DNA of 64,000 bases from Candidatus Pacearchaeota archaeon. GTDB taxonomy: Archaea; Nanobdellota; Nanobdellia; Pacearchaeales; GW2011-AR1. Under the pieces are notes generated by a model. The model saw nothing but the letters and a program-made list of their open reading frames with translations. It searched no databases and was not told where the DNA came from. Of the stretch, positions 27,312 to 36,229 are shown one piece after another (within the stretch, counting starts at the first letter, position 1; each line of letters begins with the position of its first letter). The translations under genes and the position numbers were made by a program. Where the stretch lies: the NCBI GenBank assembly GCA_009694725.1, contig SICV01000001.1, forward strand, positions 65,219 through 129,218. Direction: 5' to 3'.

Positions 27312-29219
27312 TTATCTGCGAGAGACAATGACTGCAACTACGATAATCAAGATAACGAGGACTACGTTTACTGCAATCAACACCCAGGTCCAAGAGCTTC
27401 CATCAAAGAGGGAGTCGCTTGCAACTTGCACCACAACTTGACGAGATTGGATTTTCCCATCTTCAGTTCGAGCATTAATTGTAAAGCTTTGTTCGCCTGC
27501 TGCGTCATCTTGTGGCATCAAGGTAATTGTAATGTCCTTTGATTGGCCTGCTGGAATTTGTACGATGTTTTCTGAAATATCTTTCAAACTTGCCCAGCTT
27601 TCAAAGCCAGTTGCCGTTACTGCAAATAATGCTGTTTTATCCCCATTGTTTCTCAAGGTGGTTGTAACTTTCAATTCTTCACCAGTTACCGCATCTGAAG
27701 CAAGGTCTGCATTGATAGAGACTGCATTCGTGGTACCTGGAGCTGCTGAACAACCGAATACTTTCAATTGTGTTTCAACATCATCATCAAGTGATTGACG
27801 ATAGACACCATTTCGATAGTCATATTCTGCTGATAAGTCAAGCGTGTAGGTGTTATCTGCAACTTGAGGTACGGTAAATGAGAAGGATACCATTTTACTG
27901 TCTCCTTGGTCAAGACCTTGTGTGATTTCTACAATTTCATTTACGCCAAGAACACGATTTACCAAGTTGATTAAAACGCGATCTTCGTCATCTTCGCCGA
28001 TATTGATTGCATCTGCGGTAATAGTAACTGAATCACCACAGGTTACTTGTGTTGGAGAGACAGTAATATCATCAAATGCAATGAATTTGCCTTCATCATC
28101 TTCTGACTTTACTTGAATTGTTTCTTGAATACTTTCAGCAACGCTATCAGTACAGAGAGACGATTGACTAACATCATCGCTAAATGCTTTCAAAATAAGT
28201 GTGTATGAACCTTCATCAATATCTGCAGGGACTTTAAAGGTAAATTCAATCTTCGTATCATCGCCATCATCAAGATCCCCTACATCAAATTCTTCTTCGC
28301 CTTCTGAAGTGAAGTCGAGTTCATCAGCAACATTGTTACCATTTGAATCAAATAAACCGAGTTCAACAATAAGATCTTCAAGATCTGAGCTACCGGTGTT
28401 TTCAATTTCTACTTCAACAGACACTTCATCAATAACATGCCATTCATCATCTTCATCGCCAGAACTGGTAAGTTCAACGTCACGAAGGGTAAGATTTGTT
28501 GTTACTTTACCTGCTGGGCAGAATCCGCCGGTTCGTGTAAAGGTAACTGATTGATTACCTGTAGCGTGAACAGCTGTAACTACTGCAGACGATGTGCCAA
28601 TACGGAACGTTTGGCCCGCAGTAGGGGAAACAGTAACTGTTGTGGTAGAACCAACCGTAACGGTTGGATTGCTATTTGAAAATGAGACGTTTAAAGCACC
28701 TGAAGCTTTTACTAATGAGAAGGTTAATGCTTGATTACCTGTGTTTGTCAATGTTAGAGAACCATTTTGAGAAGGAGTAACTTCTGCTGTTTTTGTGAGG
28801 GTGTACGCCGTGGATGTATTAAGAGTAACTGTAAAAGTATTAGATAGAGTGTCTGCGCCAGTACCTGTAGTATCATCTGCATTGAATCTACCTGAAATAG
28901 TTCCTGTTTGAAATGCCGGAAAATTGATTGTTGCAGTGATTGTTGCGGTTGTTCCATTACCAAGAGTTACTGGATTTTGAGAGAAAGAAACAGAACTTAC
29001 GGTACCTGAAACGGGAACATAAGTCAAATTTGCTACTCCTGAATTTGCACCTGCAGCGTTTGTTACATTAAATATTACCGTAAATGAACCTGCATTGTGT
29101 GCTACAGAGGTAGCACTTTGAGAGACGATAGCTGGATCAGGGTTAAAAATCATCGCAGAAGCAACGCTTACTAAGAACAAAGATGCAAACAAAGCGACAA
29201 ATAGTTTTGTGAAGTTCAT
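27312..29219 (-). CDS. large secreted surface protein with C-terminal TM plus basic tail (probable archaeosortase substrate)
   Basis: Sec signal (LFLVSVASAMIF). The Thr/Ser/Asn-rich half has many sequons. The acidic half has Ig/CARDB-like repeats. C-terminus is ...SLFDGSSWTWVLIAVNVVLVILIIVVAVIVSRR. Confidence 0.6.
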   Translation of the reverse strand: MNFTKLFVALFASLFLVSVASAMIFNPDPAIVSQSATSVAHNAGSFTVIFNVTNAAGANSGVANLTYVPVSGTVSSVSFSQNPVTLGNGTTATITATINFPAFQTGTISGRFNADDTTGTGADTLSNTFTVTLNTSTAYTLTKTAEVTPSQNGSLTLTNTGNQALTFSLVKASGALNVSFSNSNPTVTVGSTTTVTVSPTAGQTFRIGTSSAVVTAVHATGNQSVTFTRTGGFCPAGKVTTNLTLRDVELTSSGDEDDEWHVIDEVSVEVEIENTGSSDLEDLIVELGLFDSNGNNVADELDFTSEGEEEFDVGDLDDGDDTKIEFTFKVPADIDEGSYTLILKAFSDDVSQSSLCTDSVAESIQETIQVKSEDDEGKFIAFDDITVSPTQVTCGDSVTITADAINIGEDDEDRVLINLVNRVLGVNEIVEITQGLDQGDSKMVSFSFTVPQVADNTYTLDLSAEYDYRNGVYRQSLDDDVETQLKVFGCSAAPGTTNAVSINADLASDAVTGEELKVTTTLRNNGDKTALFAVTATGFESWASLKDISENIVQIPAGQSKDITITLMPQDDAAGEQSFTINARTEDGKIQSRQVVVQVASDSLFDGSSWTWVLIAVNVVLVILIIVVAVIVSRR

Positions 29220-29391
29220 TTTGTGTTGTAATTCTGGAGTTACAACCCCTATTTAAATCTTTGGATTAAAGCGAACGCGATTGGAATAGAGGGGGAATGC
29301 TCAGTTATACTCGAAGGCAAGGAGAACTATGGGGCAAAGAACAGAAAATAGAGAATAGAAAGGGAAAAGAGTTCAATACGTGGGATATATC

Positions 29392-29778
29392 TTATTCGTT
29401 GATATAATCTGGTTTCTTGACTACTGCGCTTTGAGGAGTACGTTGAATTTCAGCGAATTTAGGAGTTACAATGATCGTACTGTCCCCAAATGCTGCAATT
29501 TGCCCTTCAATCGCATCAACTGTTTTCTTGATCTTTGCTATTGCTCGTTTGAGTTCAATAATGTCCTTTGTTTTCAGAGGTTTCATATCAATAACGGCAA
29601 TAGTGTATCCTTCACGGATAGAATTAAGGATATCATTAATATCATCATATTGTCTGAGAATAAAGGGCTTGACAATGACCTTTACGTCCTTTTCTTGTTG
29701 CGCATTCACATCAATTTCAACGTATTCGTCGCCACTTGAGCTTGAACCAAACATCTTTTTGAGTGTATTCATCACCAT
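29392..29778 (-). CDS. sepF: cell division protein SepF (DUF552)
   Basis: ...VIVKPFILRQYDDINDILNSIREGYTIAVIDMKPL...AIAKIKKTVDAIEGQIAAFGDSTIIVTP is the SepF fold signature. Start set at MVMNTLKK, 21 nt after CTTTATATACC. Confidence 0.8.
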   Translation of the reverse strand: MVMNTLKKMFGSSSSGDEYVEIDVNAQQEKDVKVIVKPFILRQYDDINDILNSIREGYTIAVIDMKPLKTKDIIELKRAIAKIKKTVDAIEGQIAAFGDSTIIVTPKFAEIQRTPQSAVVKKPDYINE

Positions 29779-29853
29779 AGTGTCTTTGGTGTGGATGCGG
29801 TATATAAAGATTGCTGTAATCTGACGCACGTAATTGAATGTATTATGTTTACG

Positions 29854-30195
29854 TTATGTTTTTTTCTTCTGTTTCTCGACGGCAGATTGAACGTGTGTGC
29901 GTGTTTGTTCTTCTTGTTTCACGAGTGCTTCTTCATGTTGTTCAAGGGTTTTGAGTTTACTTGAGAAATTTTTTTCTTTTTCACTAAGTTCTTTGAGTGC
30001 TTGGGCTTTGTCTGTTTTGACCATAATGCCTGCTACAATTTTATAGACCTCTCCGGACGTTGCGGTAACTTCCCTTGTTGCGTTCAGTACTTCTGCGTGT
30101 TCAACTTGCAATGATTGTTTTTGCATACTCAGCTGTTGTAATTGTTGTTCGAGAAATTGTAATTCTTGAATTTGTTCTTGGAGCGCTTGATCCAT
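29854..30195 (-). CDS. pfdB: prefoldin beta subunit
   Basis: 113 aa. Coiled-coil, single hairpin (VYKIVAGIMVKTD), then coiled-coil. Confidence 0.75.
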   Translation of the reverse strand: MDQALQEQIQELQFLEQQLQQLSMQKQSLQVEHAEVLNATREVTATSGEVYKIVAGIMVKTDKAQALKELSEKEKNFSSKLKTLEQHEEALVKQEEQTRTHVQSAVEKQKKKT

Positions 30196-30197
30196 TG

Positions 30198-30335
30198 TTA
30201 AAGTGCTTTTAACTTTACAATTTGGGCACGAGGTTTGTAGAAAATCTTTGATCCGCAGTGTGGACAGACAAAACGCTTTTCAAGTATTTTGCTTGTAATT
30301 GCCTTTTCGCATCCGAAACATTTGTATTGTGCCAT
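30198..30335 (-). CDS. rpoP: DNA-directed RNA polymerase subunit P (Rpo12)
   Basis: 45-aa ORF below the ORF-track cutoff: MAQYKCFGCEKAITSKILEKRFVCPHCGSKIFYKPRAQIVKLKAL. CxxC...CxxC zinc ribbon. Sits in the conserved rpl37ae-rpoP-pfdB position. Confidence 0.7.
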   Translation of the reverse strand: MAQYKCFGCEKAITSKILEKRFVCPHCGSKIFYKPRAQIVKLKAL

Positions 30336-30373
30336 GAGTATGAGGGGGATTTGGGGATTTTTAAAAGCTCTGG

Positions 30374-30601
30374 TTATTGCTTTTTGGTGAGTGAATAAGC
30401 TGGACCTGCGAAGATTTTACCCGTATGCGAACATTGCCAAATACCTGCGGCGAGACGCTTTGCTTTCCCACGTGGGTGAAAAGGGGAAGGTTGATCTTTC
30501 CGTTGCAACGATTCAATTTCATTGTATATCTTCTTAACATGTGTTCCATATCCTGCACCAAACTTACCAAATGCCTTGGACTTTTTTGTTTTACTTGTCA
30601 T
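30374..30601 (-). CDS. rpl37ae: ribosomal protein eL43 (L37Ae), cysteine-depleted form
   Basis: FGAGYGTHVKK...AAGIWQCSHTGKIFAGPAY aligns to eL43. Three of the four zinc-ribbon Cys positions are replaced. Confidence 0.75.
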   Translation of the reverse strand: MTSKTKKSKAFGKFGAGYGTHVKKIYNEIESLQRKDQPSPFHPRGKAKRLAAGIWQCSHTGKIFAGPAYSLTKKQ

Positions 30602-30715
30602 ATCTTCTGGTTTATTTCGGGGTTTTTAAATGATATGGTCTGTGGAATAGCACGTGATACCGTAGAATATCTCATTAACAGAGCATATAAAAAGGTATTC
30701 GAGAAACTGTAGGGC

Positions 30716-31021
30716 ATGGAGCATCGCCCACTCTATGTGATTGTCCATGAAGCGTGTGTGCCTCGTGCAAGCCCGCAAGCTCGTGAACTGGCTCGCATTA
30801 AGCGAGAAGAACGATGGATTTCTGCTCCGTTTGATCTCTCAGTTGCTTCTGTGGAACAAGAGGAACGAGGATTTGTGCGCGTGTGTGGGGCGTATGGACT
30901 TGCCTGTGTATTAGCTCACTTTGAAGCGGTGCAGGCAGCTCGAGGGTCCGCACGAGCGACTTTTCTTCATTTCCCCGGTATTATCTCAGCAACTGCCGCA
31001 TTTGACTATCAATATCCTTAA
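30716..31021 (+). CDS. hypothetical protein
   Basis: 101-aa ORF preceded by CATATAAAAAG ending 22 nt before the ATG. No motif recognised. Confidence 0.35.
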   Translation: MEHRPLYVIVHEACVPRASPQARELARIKREERWISAPFDLSVASVEQEERGFVRVCGAYGLACVLAHFEAVQAARGSARATFLHFPGIISATAAFDYQYP

Positions 31022-31283
31022 TTTCTATCGAGTGCAAGTAAGCGTTCAATTTCCCAATAGATAAAAGTAGACTCCCTTTTTTCATTGCAGGTAAATCTGT
31101 GTCCGTGCGGTAAAGGGGGGTGTGATCTAGACTTACAGACTCTGTTCGTACCACTTCCAATTCATACTGCACACAGTGTTCGTCTGAATTATTTGCAAGT
31201 ACTTGTGCATGGATACGTGCTTCATCTTCTAGATAGATAATTTCATCACCGGGGCGATAGGCATCTTTCTCTCGCATTATCAT
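30981..31283 (-). CDS. hypothetical protein
   Basis: 100-aa ORF with a TATA-like box about 25 nt upstream. No motif recognised. Confidence 0.35.
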   Translation of the reverse strand: MIMREKDAYRPGDEIIYLEDEARIHAQVLANNSDEHCVQYELEVVRTESVSLDHTPLYRTDTDLPAMKKGSLLLSIGKLNAYLHSIEIKDIDSQMRQLLR

Positions 31284-31327
31284 GAGCAGAAAGGCAAAAG
31301 ACGAGTATAAAAAACTACTGAAAAAAT

Positions 31328-31399
31328 GGGGATGCCCGGATTTGAACCGGGGTCGCGAAGTCCCAAACCTCGAATGTTACCAGGCTGCACCACATCCCC
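31328..31399 (-). tRNA. tRNA-Pro (anticodon UGG)
   Basis: Reverse complement folds as a cloverleaf: acceptor GGGGATG/CATCCCC, anticodon stem CGAGG/CTTCG with loop TTTGGGA, T-arm CCCGG-TTCAAAT-CCGGG, discriminator A. No encoded CCA. Confidence 0.85.
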
Positions 31400-31473
31400 T
31401 GCGATTGGTTGACTTTCTAACGCTTTTTAATTGTTGGTATTTCTTTGTTCATACGACAGATATGCTTTAGGGG

Positions 31474-32091
31474 TTATCCTTTTTTAGTGAGAGATACGAG
31501 AAAAAGCAAGGAACATAACCAGAACAAGCTGTGTAATGACCCGCTGAGCACATCTGAAAACCAATGAGAGTGACTATACATTCGAGCAGCCCCCACGATG
31601 AATGGAATGAGCGCACTACAGAGCAAGAGGATACGTTTTAGGGGGTGTTTGAGATGCGTATAGAATACATACCAGACTAACCCGAAGAAAAAGAATGCTG
31701 TCGCGGTGTGGCCGCTGGGAAATGCAAAAGTTGTTTCTGAAGTGAGTATCTCTGCAGGGCGCGGAATTGCGGTTTGTGCTTTCAGAAAACTAAATGAAAG
31801 TGTATTGATGAGCAGAAAAAAACCACTGAGTAGGGCAGTCCTGCGTTTATTTCGATAGATAAGAAATCCAATGAGGCATACTGCTGCAAGATAGATATGT
31901 TGCATATTGGTTGCATACCCTATCCAGACGGCATATGATACGAGTAAGGGGTCTTGGATAGAAAGGAGGCGAGTATCGATACTCTGGTCGAGCGTTTTGA
32001 GGAAACTGCCTTGTGTTATATTTATTAATACTATCGTAAAAAAGAAAAGAGCTATGCCTGCTCCGAAAGCATAGGAATACTTTTTGTGCAT
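31474..32091 (-). CDS. PAP2-family polyprenyl/lipid-phosphate phosphatase
   Basis: The three PAP2 motifs are present: KAQTAIPRP (Kx6RP), PSGH and ARMYSHSHWFSD (SRx5Hx3D-like). Confidence 0.75.
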   Translation of the reverse strand: MHKKYSYAFGAGIALFFFTIVLINITQGSFLKTLDQSIDTRLLSIQDPLLVSYAVWIGYATNMQHIYLAAVCLIGFLIYRNKRRTALLSGFFLLINTLSFSFLKAQTAIPRPAEILTSETTFAFPSGHTATAFFFFGLVWYVFYTHLKHPLKRILLLCSALIPFIVGAARMYSHSHWFSDVLSGSLHSLFWLCSLLFLVSLTKKG

Positions 32092-32138
32092 AGAGCGTGT
32101 AAGAAAAAAGAGTATTTGAAGATGCCTACTTATGCTCC

Positions 32139-32861
32139 TTATTTCTTCTTAGCTGCAGGTTTTTCTTCCTTCTTTGCGGTAGCTGCTGCGGCTGGAACTG
32201 CGCCCGGTGCTGCAGGTGTTCCAGCGGCTGCTGCGGCTGGAGCTGCGGCGGCTGCTGCAACTTTAGCTGCTTCTTCAACTGCCTTTGCTTCTTCAGCTGC
32301 CTTTGCTTTCTTATCTTGCATCGATTTACGTTGCACGAAGAATGCGGCTAATTCTTTCTTCTTAGCATCTGGTGTTTCAGTACGTTCTTGCTGTATTTCT
32401 TTGTCATAGATGCCCGCATCAATATCTTTCTCAACTTGTTTTGCTTCTTTACTATCAATCATGATACCTAGAGAAACACATGTTCCAACGACTAATTTGA
32501 TTGAAGAACGAAGCGTTTTTGCAAGTAACGAGGCATGCTTTCCTTTAGCGACACTCACGATTTGTTCAAATGAGATATTTGCTACTTTTACTTCGAGTGG
32601 AGAGCCTGATCCCTTTGTGAGTCCGCTTTCTTTCTTGAGCATTTCGGCAACAGAAGGAGAAGAGACTGTAATAGTGAAGGTTTTACTCTTTGCATCAACA
32701 TCAATTTCAACAGGGACATTCATTCCTTTGAAACCTGACGTCGCAGCATTAACCTCTGCCATTACTTTGCCCATATTGATGCCTAATGGTCCGAGTGCTT
32801 GTGCAACTGCTGGTCCGGGCTTCATTGCCCCTCCTTCAATGATTAATTTAATTTTCGGCAT
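32139..32861 (-). CDS. rpl11: ribosomal protein uL11 with about 80-aa Ala/Lys/Pro-rich C-terminal extension
   Basis: MPKIKLIIEGGAMKPGPAVAQALGPLGINMGK... is canonical uL11. The normal end lies near ...DAGIYDKEI. The ORF then continues through AAAAAAPAAAAAGTPAAPGAVPAAAATAKKEEKPAAKKK. Confidence 0.85.
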   Translation of the reverse strand: MPKIKLIIEGGAMKPGPAVAQALGPLGINMGKVMAEVNAATSGFKGMNVPVEIDVDAKSKTFTITVSSPSVAEMLKKESGLTKGSGSPLEVKVANISFEQIVSVAKGKHASLLAKTLRSSIKLVVGTCVSLGIMIDSKEAKQVEKDIDAGIYDKEIQQERTETPDAKKKELAAFFVQRKSMQDKKAKAAEEAKAVEEAAKVAAAAAAPAAAAAGTPAAPGAVPAAAATAKKEEKPAAKKK

Positions 32862-33339
32862 TTGTTTCTCCTGATTCTTGGTTTTCCTCACGCCTTATAA
32901 CCTTTACGTTATCTATTTTTACCGTAACCGGGATAGGAACGGATGCTCCCAGAAGTGTGACTACCACTTCGCCCTTCTGTTTATCAAGGCGAGTTACTTT
33001 TGCCTTTTCTTTCTTGAATGGTTCTGCAATCATTTCAACGAAGTCTCCAACCTTAATATTGACGTCCTCGACTTTTGGTTCAATCATTGTTTTGATTTCT
33101 TCATAGGTGATTGTTTTTCCGATTATCCCTTTTACATAGGGTTGATTGTAAGCTGCTTCTTCTGCAGTATCACGATCGGGCGTTTCGAGAATAAGATAGC
33201 CCCGTAATCCATGGGGACGAACAATTGACAATACATTAATATTTTTCTTTGTAGCACGATCGAGAATCATTTCTAATGCTCTATCTTCTTTGTTTGTGGT
33301 GACTTTTAAAATGAAAATCATGGTTTGTTGTGTATCCAC
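32848..33339 (-). CDS. spt5: transcription elongation factor Spt5 (archaeal NusG)
   Basis: NGN domain (IFILKVTTNKEDRA...) followed by a KOW motif (GDFVEMIAEPFKKEKAKVTRLD). Confidence 0.85.
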   Translation of the reverse strand: MDTQQTMIFILKVTTNKEDRALEMILDRATKKNINVLSIVRPHGLRGYLILETPDRDTAEEAAYNQPYVKGIIGKTITYEEIKTMIEPKVEDVNIKVGDFVEMIAEPFKKEKAKVTRLDKQKGEVVVTLLGASVPIPVTVKIDNVKVIRREENQESGETNAEN

Positions 33340-33442
33340 TACCTAGAGAATCTAAGAAGTAGATAAAAGAGAATCTGAAAATGGGTATATAAATATTTTC
33401 ATTGGCGTTCCCCTTTATCCATGTAACGTGCCAGTTGCATTT

Positions 33443-33898
33443 TTATACTTTTTCCAAGGCACTCAAATACTCTTTGATGCGCTCAAGACATTGCGGAATG
33501 AGGAACTTTTCTATTTTTGACTCAAATAATTCTCGTAAGGGGGCAAATTCTGAAAGACGATATTTATTTTCTTGTTTATCTATCAGGAGAATATCGCGTA
33601 ATCGTTTCAGTTGGCGACGGATATTACTTTCCGCAAGTCCCTTGAGTTCATACCCATGCTCTTTCCGAGAGTGTTCTACTAAATCACGAATTTCGAATGA
33701 AGTACACCATTTGCGTTCTTTACGCGCTTTTTCTAAGACCAATACTATGTCCACGATGCTATCACGTCCATCTCCTGGTTGTAATAACCCGAGGGAAAGA
33801 CAGACTTTTTTGACCAGTTCTCGATGATTGTTCAAAGAAGAGGGTTTTTCGTATCTGCGTAAGGTAACTTCTGCTAAGGGGGCCTCTTTCATACTCAT
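33443..33898 (-). CDS. putative winged-helix transcriptional regulator
   Basis: LAEVTLRRYEKP...LGLLQPGDGRDSIVDIVLVL...RRQLKRLRDILLI resembles archaeal wHTH regulators. Start trimmed to MSMKE (33898) on promoter spacing. Confidence 0.4.
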   Translation of the reverse strand: MSMKEAPLAEVTLRRYEKPSSLNNHRELVKKVCLSLGLLQPGDGRDSIVDIVLVLEKARKERKWCTSFEIRDLVEHSRKEHGYELKGLAESNIRRQLKRLRDILLIDKQENKYRLSEFAPLRELFESKIEKFLIPQCLERIKEYLSALEKV

Positions 33899-33918
33899 AG
33901 CTTCACGAGTATAGGAAT

Positions 33919-33929
33919 CATTATAAATC
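33919..33929. promoter_or_regulatory. shared bidirectional TATA box (CATTATAAATC)
   Basis: Lies 21-23 nt from both divergent start codons (33898 on the minus strand, 33949 on the plus strand). Confidence 0.45.
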
Positions 33930-33948
33930 TGCCCGTTGCCCTGCACCT

Positions 33949-34305
33949 ATGGAATTCGTTGCGTGCGTTGGTACTGATGAACATAATTGGGGACAAATAA
34001 CTGCCTTATTGAATCGCCTGGAGTATGAGACAGCAGTCTTGGTTGTTGATGCGATGGCTTCAGGCTATCCGACTAATGATAAGTGTACGATTGTCAAAGT
34101 TGATATGGGTCAGCCCCTTTTACTTTTGCAGAAGGAAATTCAAGACAAGTTAAAGAAAACGATCGAGGGAGAATTTGAAGTTGCCCTCTCGTTAGCCTCG
34201 GGCACAGGTAAAGAGCATATGGCTGTACTTTCTGCCTTGCTTAATTTACCTGTAGGAGTTAAGTTGGTTGTGTATACAAAAGAAGGAATACAATTCTTGA
34301 GTTAA
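33949..34305 (+). CDS. hypothetical protein
   Basis: 118-aa ORF in a leaderless promoter context. No confident motif. Confidence 0.4.
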   Translation: MEFVACVGTDEHNWGQITALLNRLEYETAVLVVDAMASGYPTNDKCTIVKVDMGQPLLLLQKEIQDKLKKTIEGEFEVALSLASGTGKEHMAVLSALLNLPVGVKLVVYTKEGIQFLS

Positions 34306-34335
34306 GTTTAAAAGAAAACCCTTTGGGCTACTAGG

Positions 34336-34863
34336 ATGACTATTGTTTCTTCTTATGCACAAAGCGCCCTTACCTTCGGTCTTCAAATTGGTTCAGGTTA
34401 TCATGGGGAGGTGTTTCGCCTTATCCCTGGTTCAAAGGTTATCAAATTATATCGATCCGAAGGGGAATTTTTAGCCCCTACAAGCAAAGAAGGTTTAGCC
34501 CTACGAAATGCTGAGCAAGAACATACGATTGCCAGCGATTTATTTGGAAATGGGATCTCTGCTCCTAAGTCTTTCGGTATCTATTCCATACGACTCTGGC
34601 GAATAAATCATCCTTGGGAATTAGTTCATCCGCTTCATTTAACGGGTTGGTTACGAGCATATATTCCTGGAAAGACTATTGGTAACCTCTCCGGGGAACA
34701 ACGTCAACGTGCTGAAGAACGTAAATGGGTCGAATTGCAAAAAGCTCAAGATTTCGGTTATAATCCTCCCTCCGATGCCTGGAGTTCAAAAAATGTAATT
34801 TTACAACCGAATGGACGAATTGTTTTAATTGATTTTTTATATTGGAAAAAAAAGGTTAACTAA
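34336..34863 (+). CDS. small atypical protein-kinase-fold protein (Bud32/RIO-like, tentative)
   Basis: Gly-rich loop IGSGYHGEVF followed by VIKLYR, and a C-terminal SDAWSSKNVIL...IVLIDF resembling catalytic and DFG segments. The catalytic His is replaced. Confidence 0.35.
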   Translation: MTIVSSYAQSALTFGLQIGSGYHGEVFRLIPGSKVIKLYRSEGEFLAPTSKEGLALRNAEQEHTIASDLFGNGISAPKSFGIYSIRLWRINHPWELVHPLHLTGWLRAYIPGKTIGNLSGEQRQRAEERKWVELQKAQDFGYNPPSDAWSSKNVILQPNGRIVLIDFLYWKKKVN

Positions 34864-36229
34864 TAATTACCCAGACCCACTTCAGCATCATGACAATGAC
34901 AACCCCATAGAGGATATAGGTACAGAGGGCAAATGAGGCGTGGGCTAGTTTCTTGCTGTTGGTGAGTCCTAGAACGGTCAGGTAGAGGAACCTACCCCCA
35001 TCTAACATCCCTGCAGGGAACATATTGAATAAGGCAACAAGCATATTGATGATCACAATCCACCACAGGAGATCGTAGATGAATTGTGCGCCGGGAAGCG
35101 ATGAGGTGTAGTATATCGACGGGTTCTTGACGAGGGTTATGAAATTGTACCAACGACCGATGAGTCCCTTGCTTTGATAGGGCATGCTTGCGATACCGAG
35201 ATAGGCTTTTCCATTCCGTTCTTGAAAGGTAACTGTTTTTGTTTCTTCGATTCCCTCGGTGGTGAGGGTGGTAACGGTACTTGTTTCATTTGGCTGGGCA
35301 TTTGTTAATGCAGTGCTCAGTGCTTGATAGGATGTCATGGGCTGATTGTCGATAGCAATAATAGTTCGAGCGAGTTGTGCGCGGAACGCGGGAGCGTCAT
35401 CATATGCATAGACTAATACCCCTTGCTCAAGATATGCTGAACCGGATGCATTTACAAATTTTGTGGTGTTTCCAAGGGTAAGTGCCAGATATCCTGGAAT
35501 AGATGCATTTGCAACACTCGTAATGTCTGAGGTGTTAATGATTGAGAAAGCGTATTGATCAAAAATAAAGCCTGAGGACTGGAATGCAAGTGCAAAGAAG
35601 ACGATAAGTATAATTCCGAAGAGAACAGACATCACGACATTTGCAAACGTCCCTGCAGCAAGAATTGCTAATTGGGCCTTAACGGGGGCCTTATTCATTT
35701 GTTTGTCATCTTGTTCGACAAATGCGCCTAAGAAGGGGCCGAGGAATGCAACGCCGGTTGTTTTTATGCGGACGTTATTGAGCCGAGCAATAATACCGTG
35801 TGCTGCTTCATGTGCGATTGCCACAATGGCGATGGCCACAATAAAATAAAAGAAATAGAAGGGAGGGAACACAGAATCAAGGTTGAAAAGTTGGGGGAAA
35901 TACGGGATGAGTGGGAATACTGCGGGGACTTTTGCTAAGGGCGCATCTGAAGACTGAGTAATATAGATAAGGAGCGTTTTAATGAGTAAAGAAAACATGC
36001 TGATCATTAAAAAATACCCTGAAGTTATGATGACATATTGGAGCGGGAGAAGGAATGAACGATACTTTTTTGCAATTTGATCAATAACTTTGATACCGAA
36101 GGAGGTTTTGTATAAGTACATCCACCCTTCCTTATGCATATTTTTCTTATGTTTGCGTGCAAAGTAAAATGCTGCCCAGGTACAGAGCGCTAAGAGAATA
36201 AGATCAAGAATAATAAAGCTACCCATCAC
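34856..36229 (-). CDS. site-2 protease family (M50) membrane metalloprotease
   Basis: HEAAHGIIA (HExxH) in a TM segment, and NMFPAGMLDGGRF (NxxPxxxLDG). Confidence 0.8.
   Translation of the reverse strand: MMGSFIILDLILLALCTWAAFYFARKHKKNMHKEGWMYLYKTSFGIKVIDQIAKKYRSFLLPLQYVIITSGYFLMISMFSLLIKTLLIYITQSSDAPLAKVPAVFPLIPYFPQLFNLDSVFPPFYFFYFIVAIAIVAIAHEAAHGIIARLNNVRIKTTGVAFLGPFLGAFVEQDDKQMNKAPVKAQLAILAAGTFANVVMSVLFGIILIVFFALAFQSSGFIFDQYAFSIINTSDITSVANASIPGYLALTLGNTTKFVNASGSAYLEQGVLVYAYDDAPAFRAQLARTIIAIDNQPMTSYQALSTALTNAQPNETSTVTTLTTEGIEETKTVTFQERNGKAYLGIASMPYQSKGLIGRWYNFITLVKNPSIYYTSSLPGAQFIYDLLWWIVIINMLVALFNMFPAGMLDGGRFLYLTVLGLTNSKKLAHASFALCTYILYGVVIVMMLKWVWVIIS

Noticed and set aside
31282-31470. 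62-aa plus-strand ORF.
   Set aside because: It is completely overlapped by a well-folding tRNA-Pro on the minus strand and by that tRNA's promoter region.
32086-32409. 107-aa Ala-rich plus-strand ORF.
   Set aside because: It is the antisense reading of the GCN-rich uL11 C-terminal extension. The minus-strand frame is continuous with a canonical uL11 domain.
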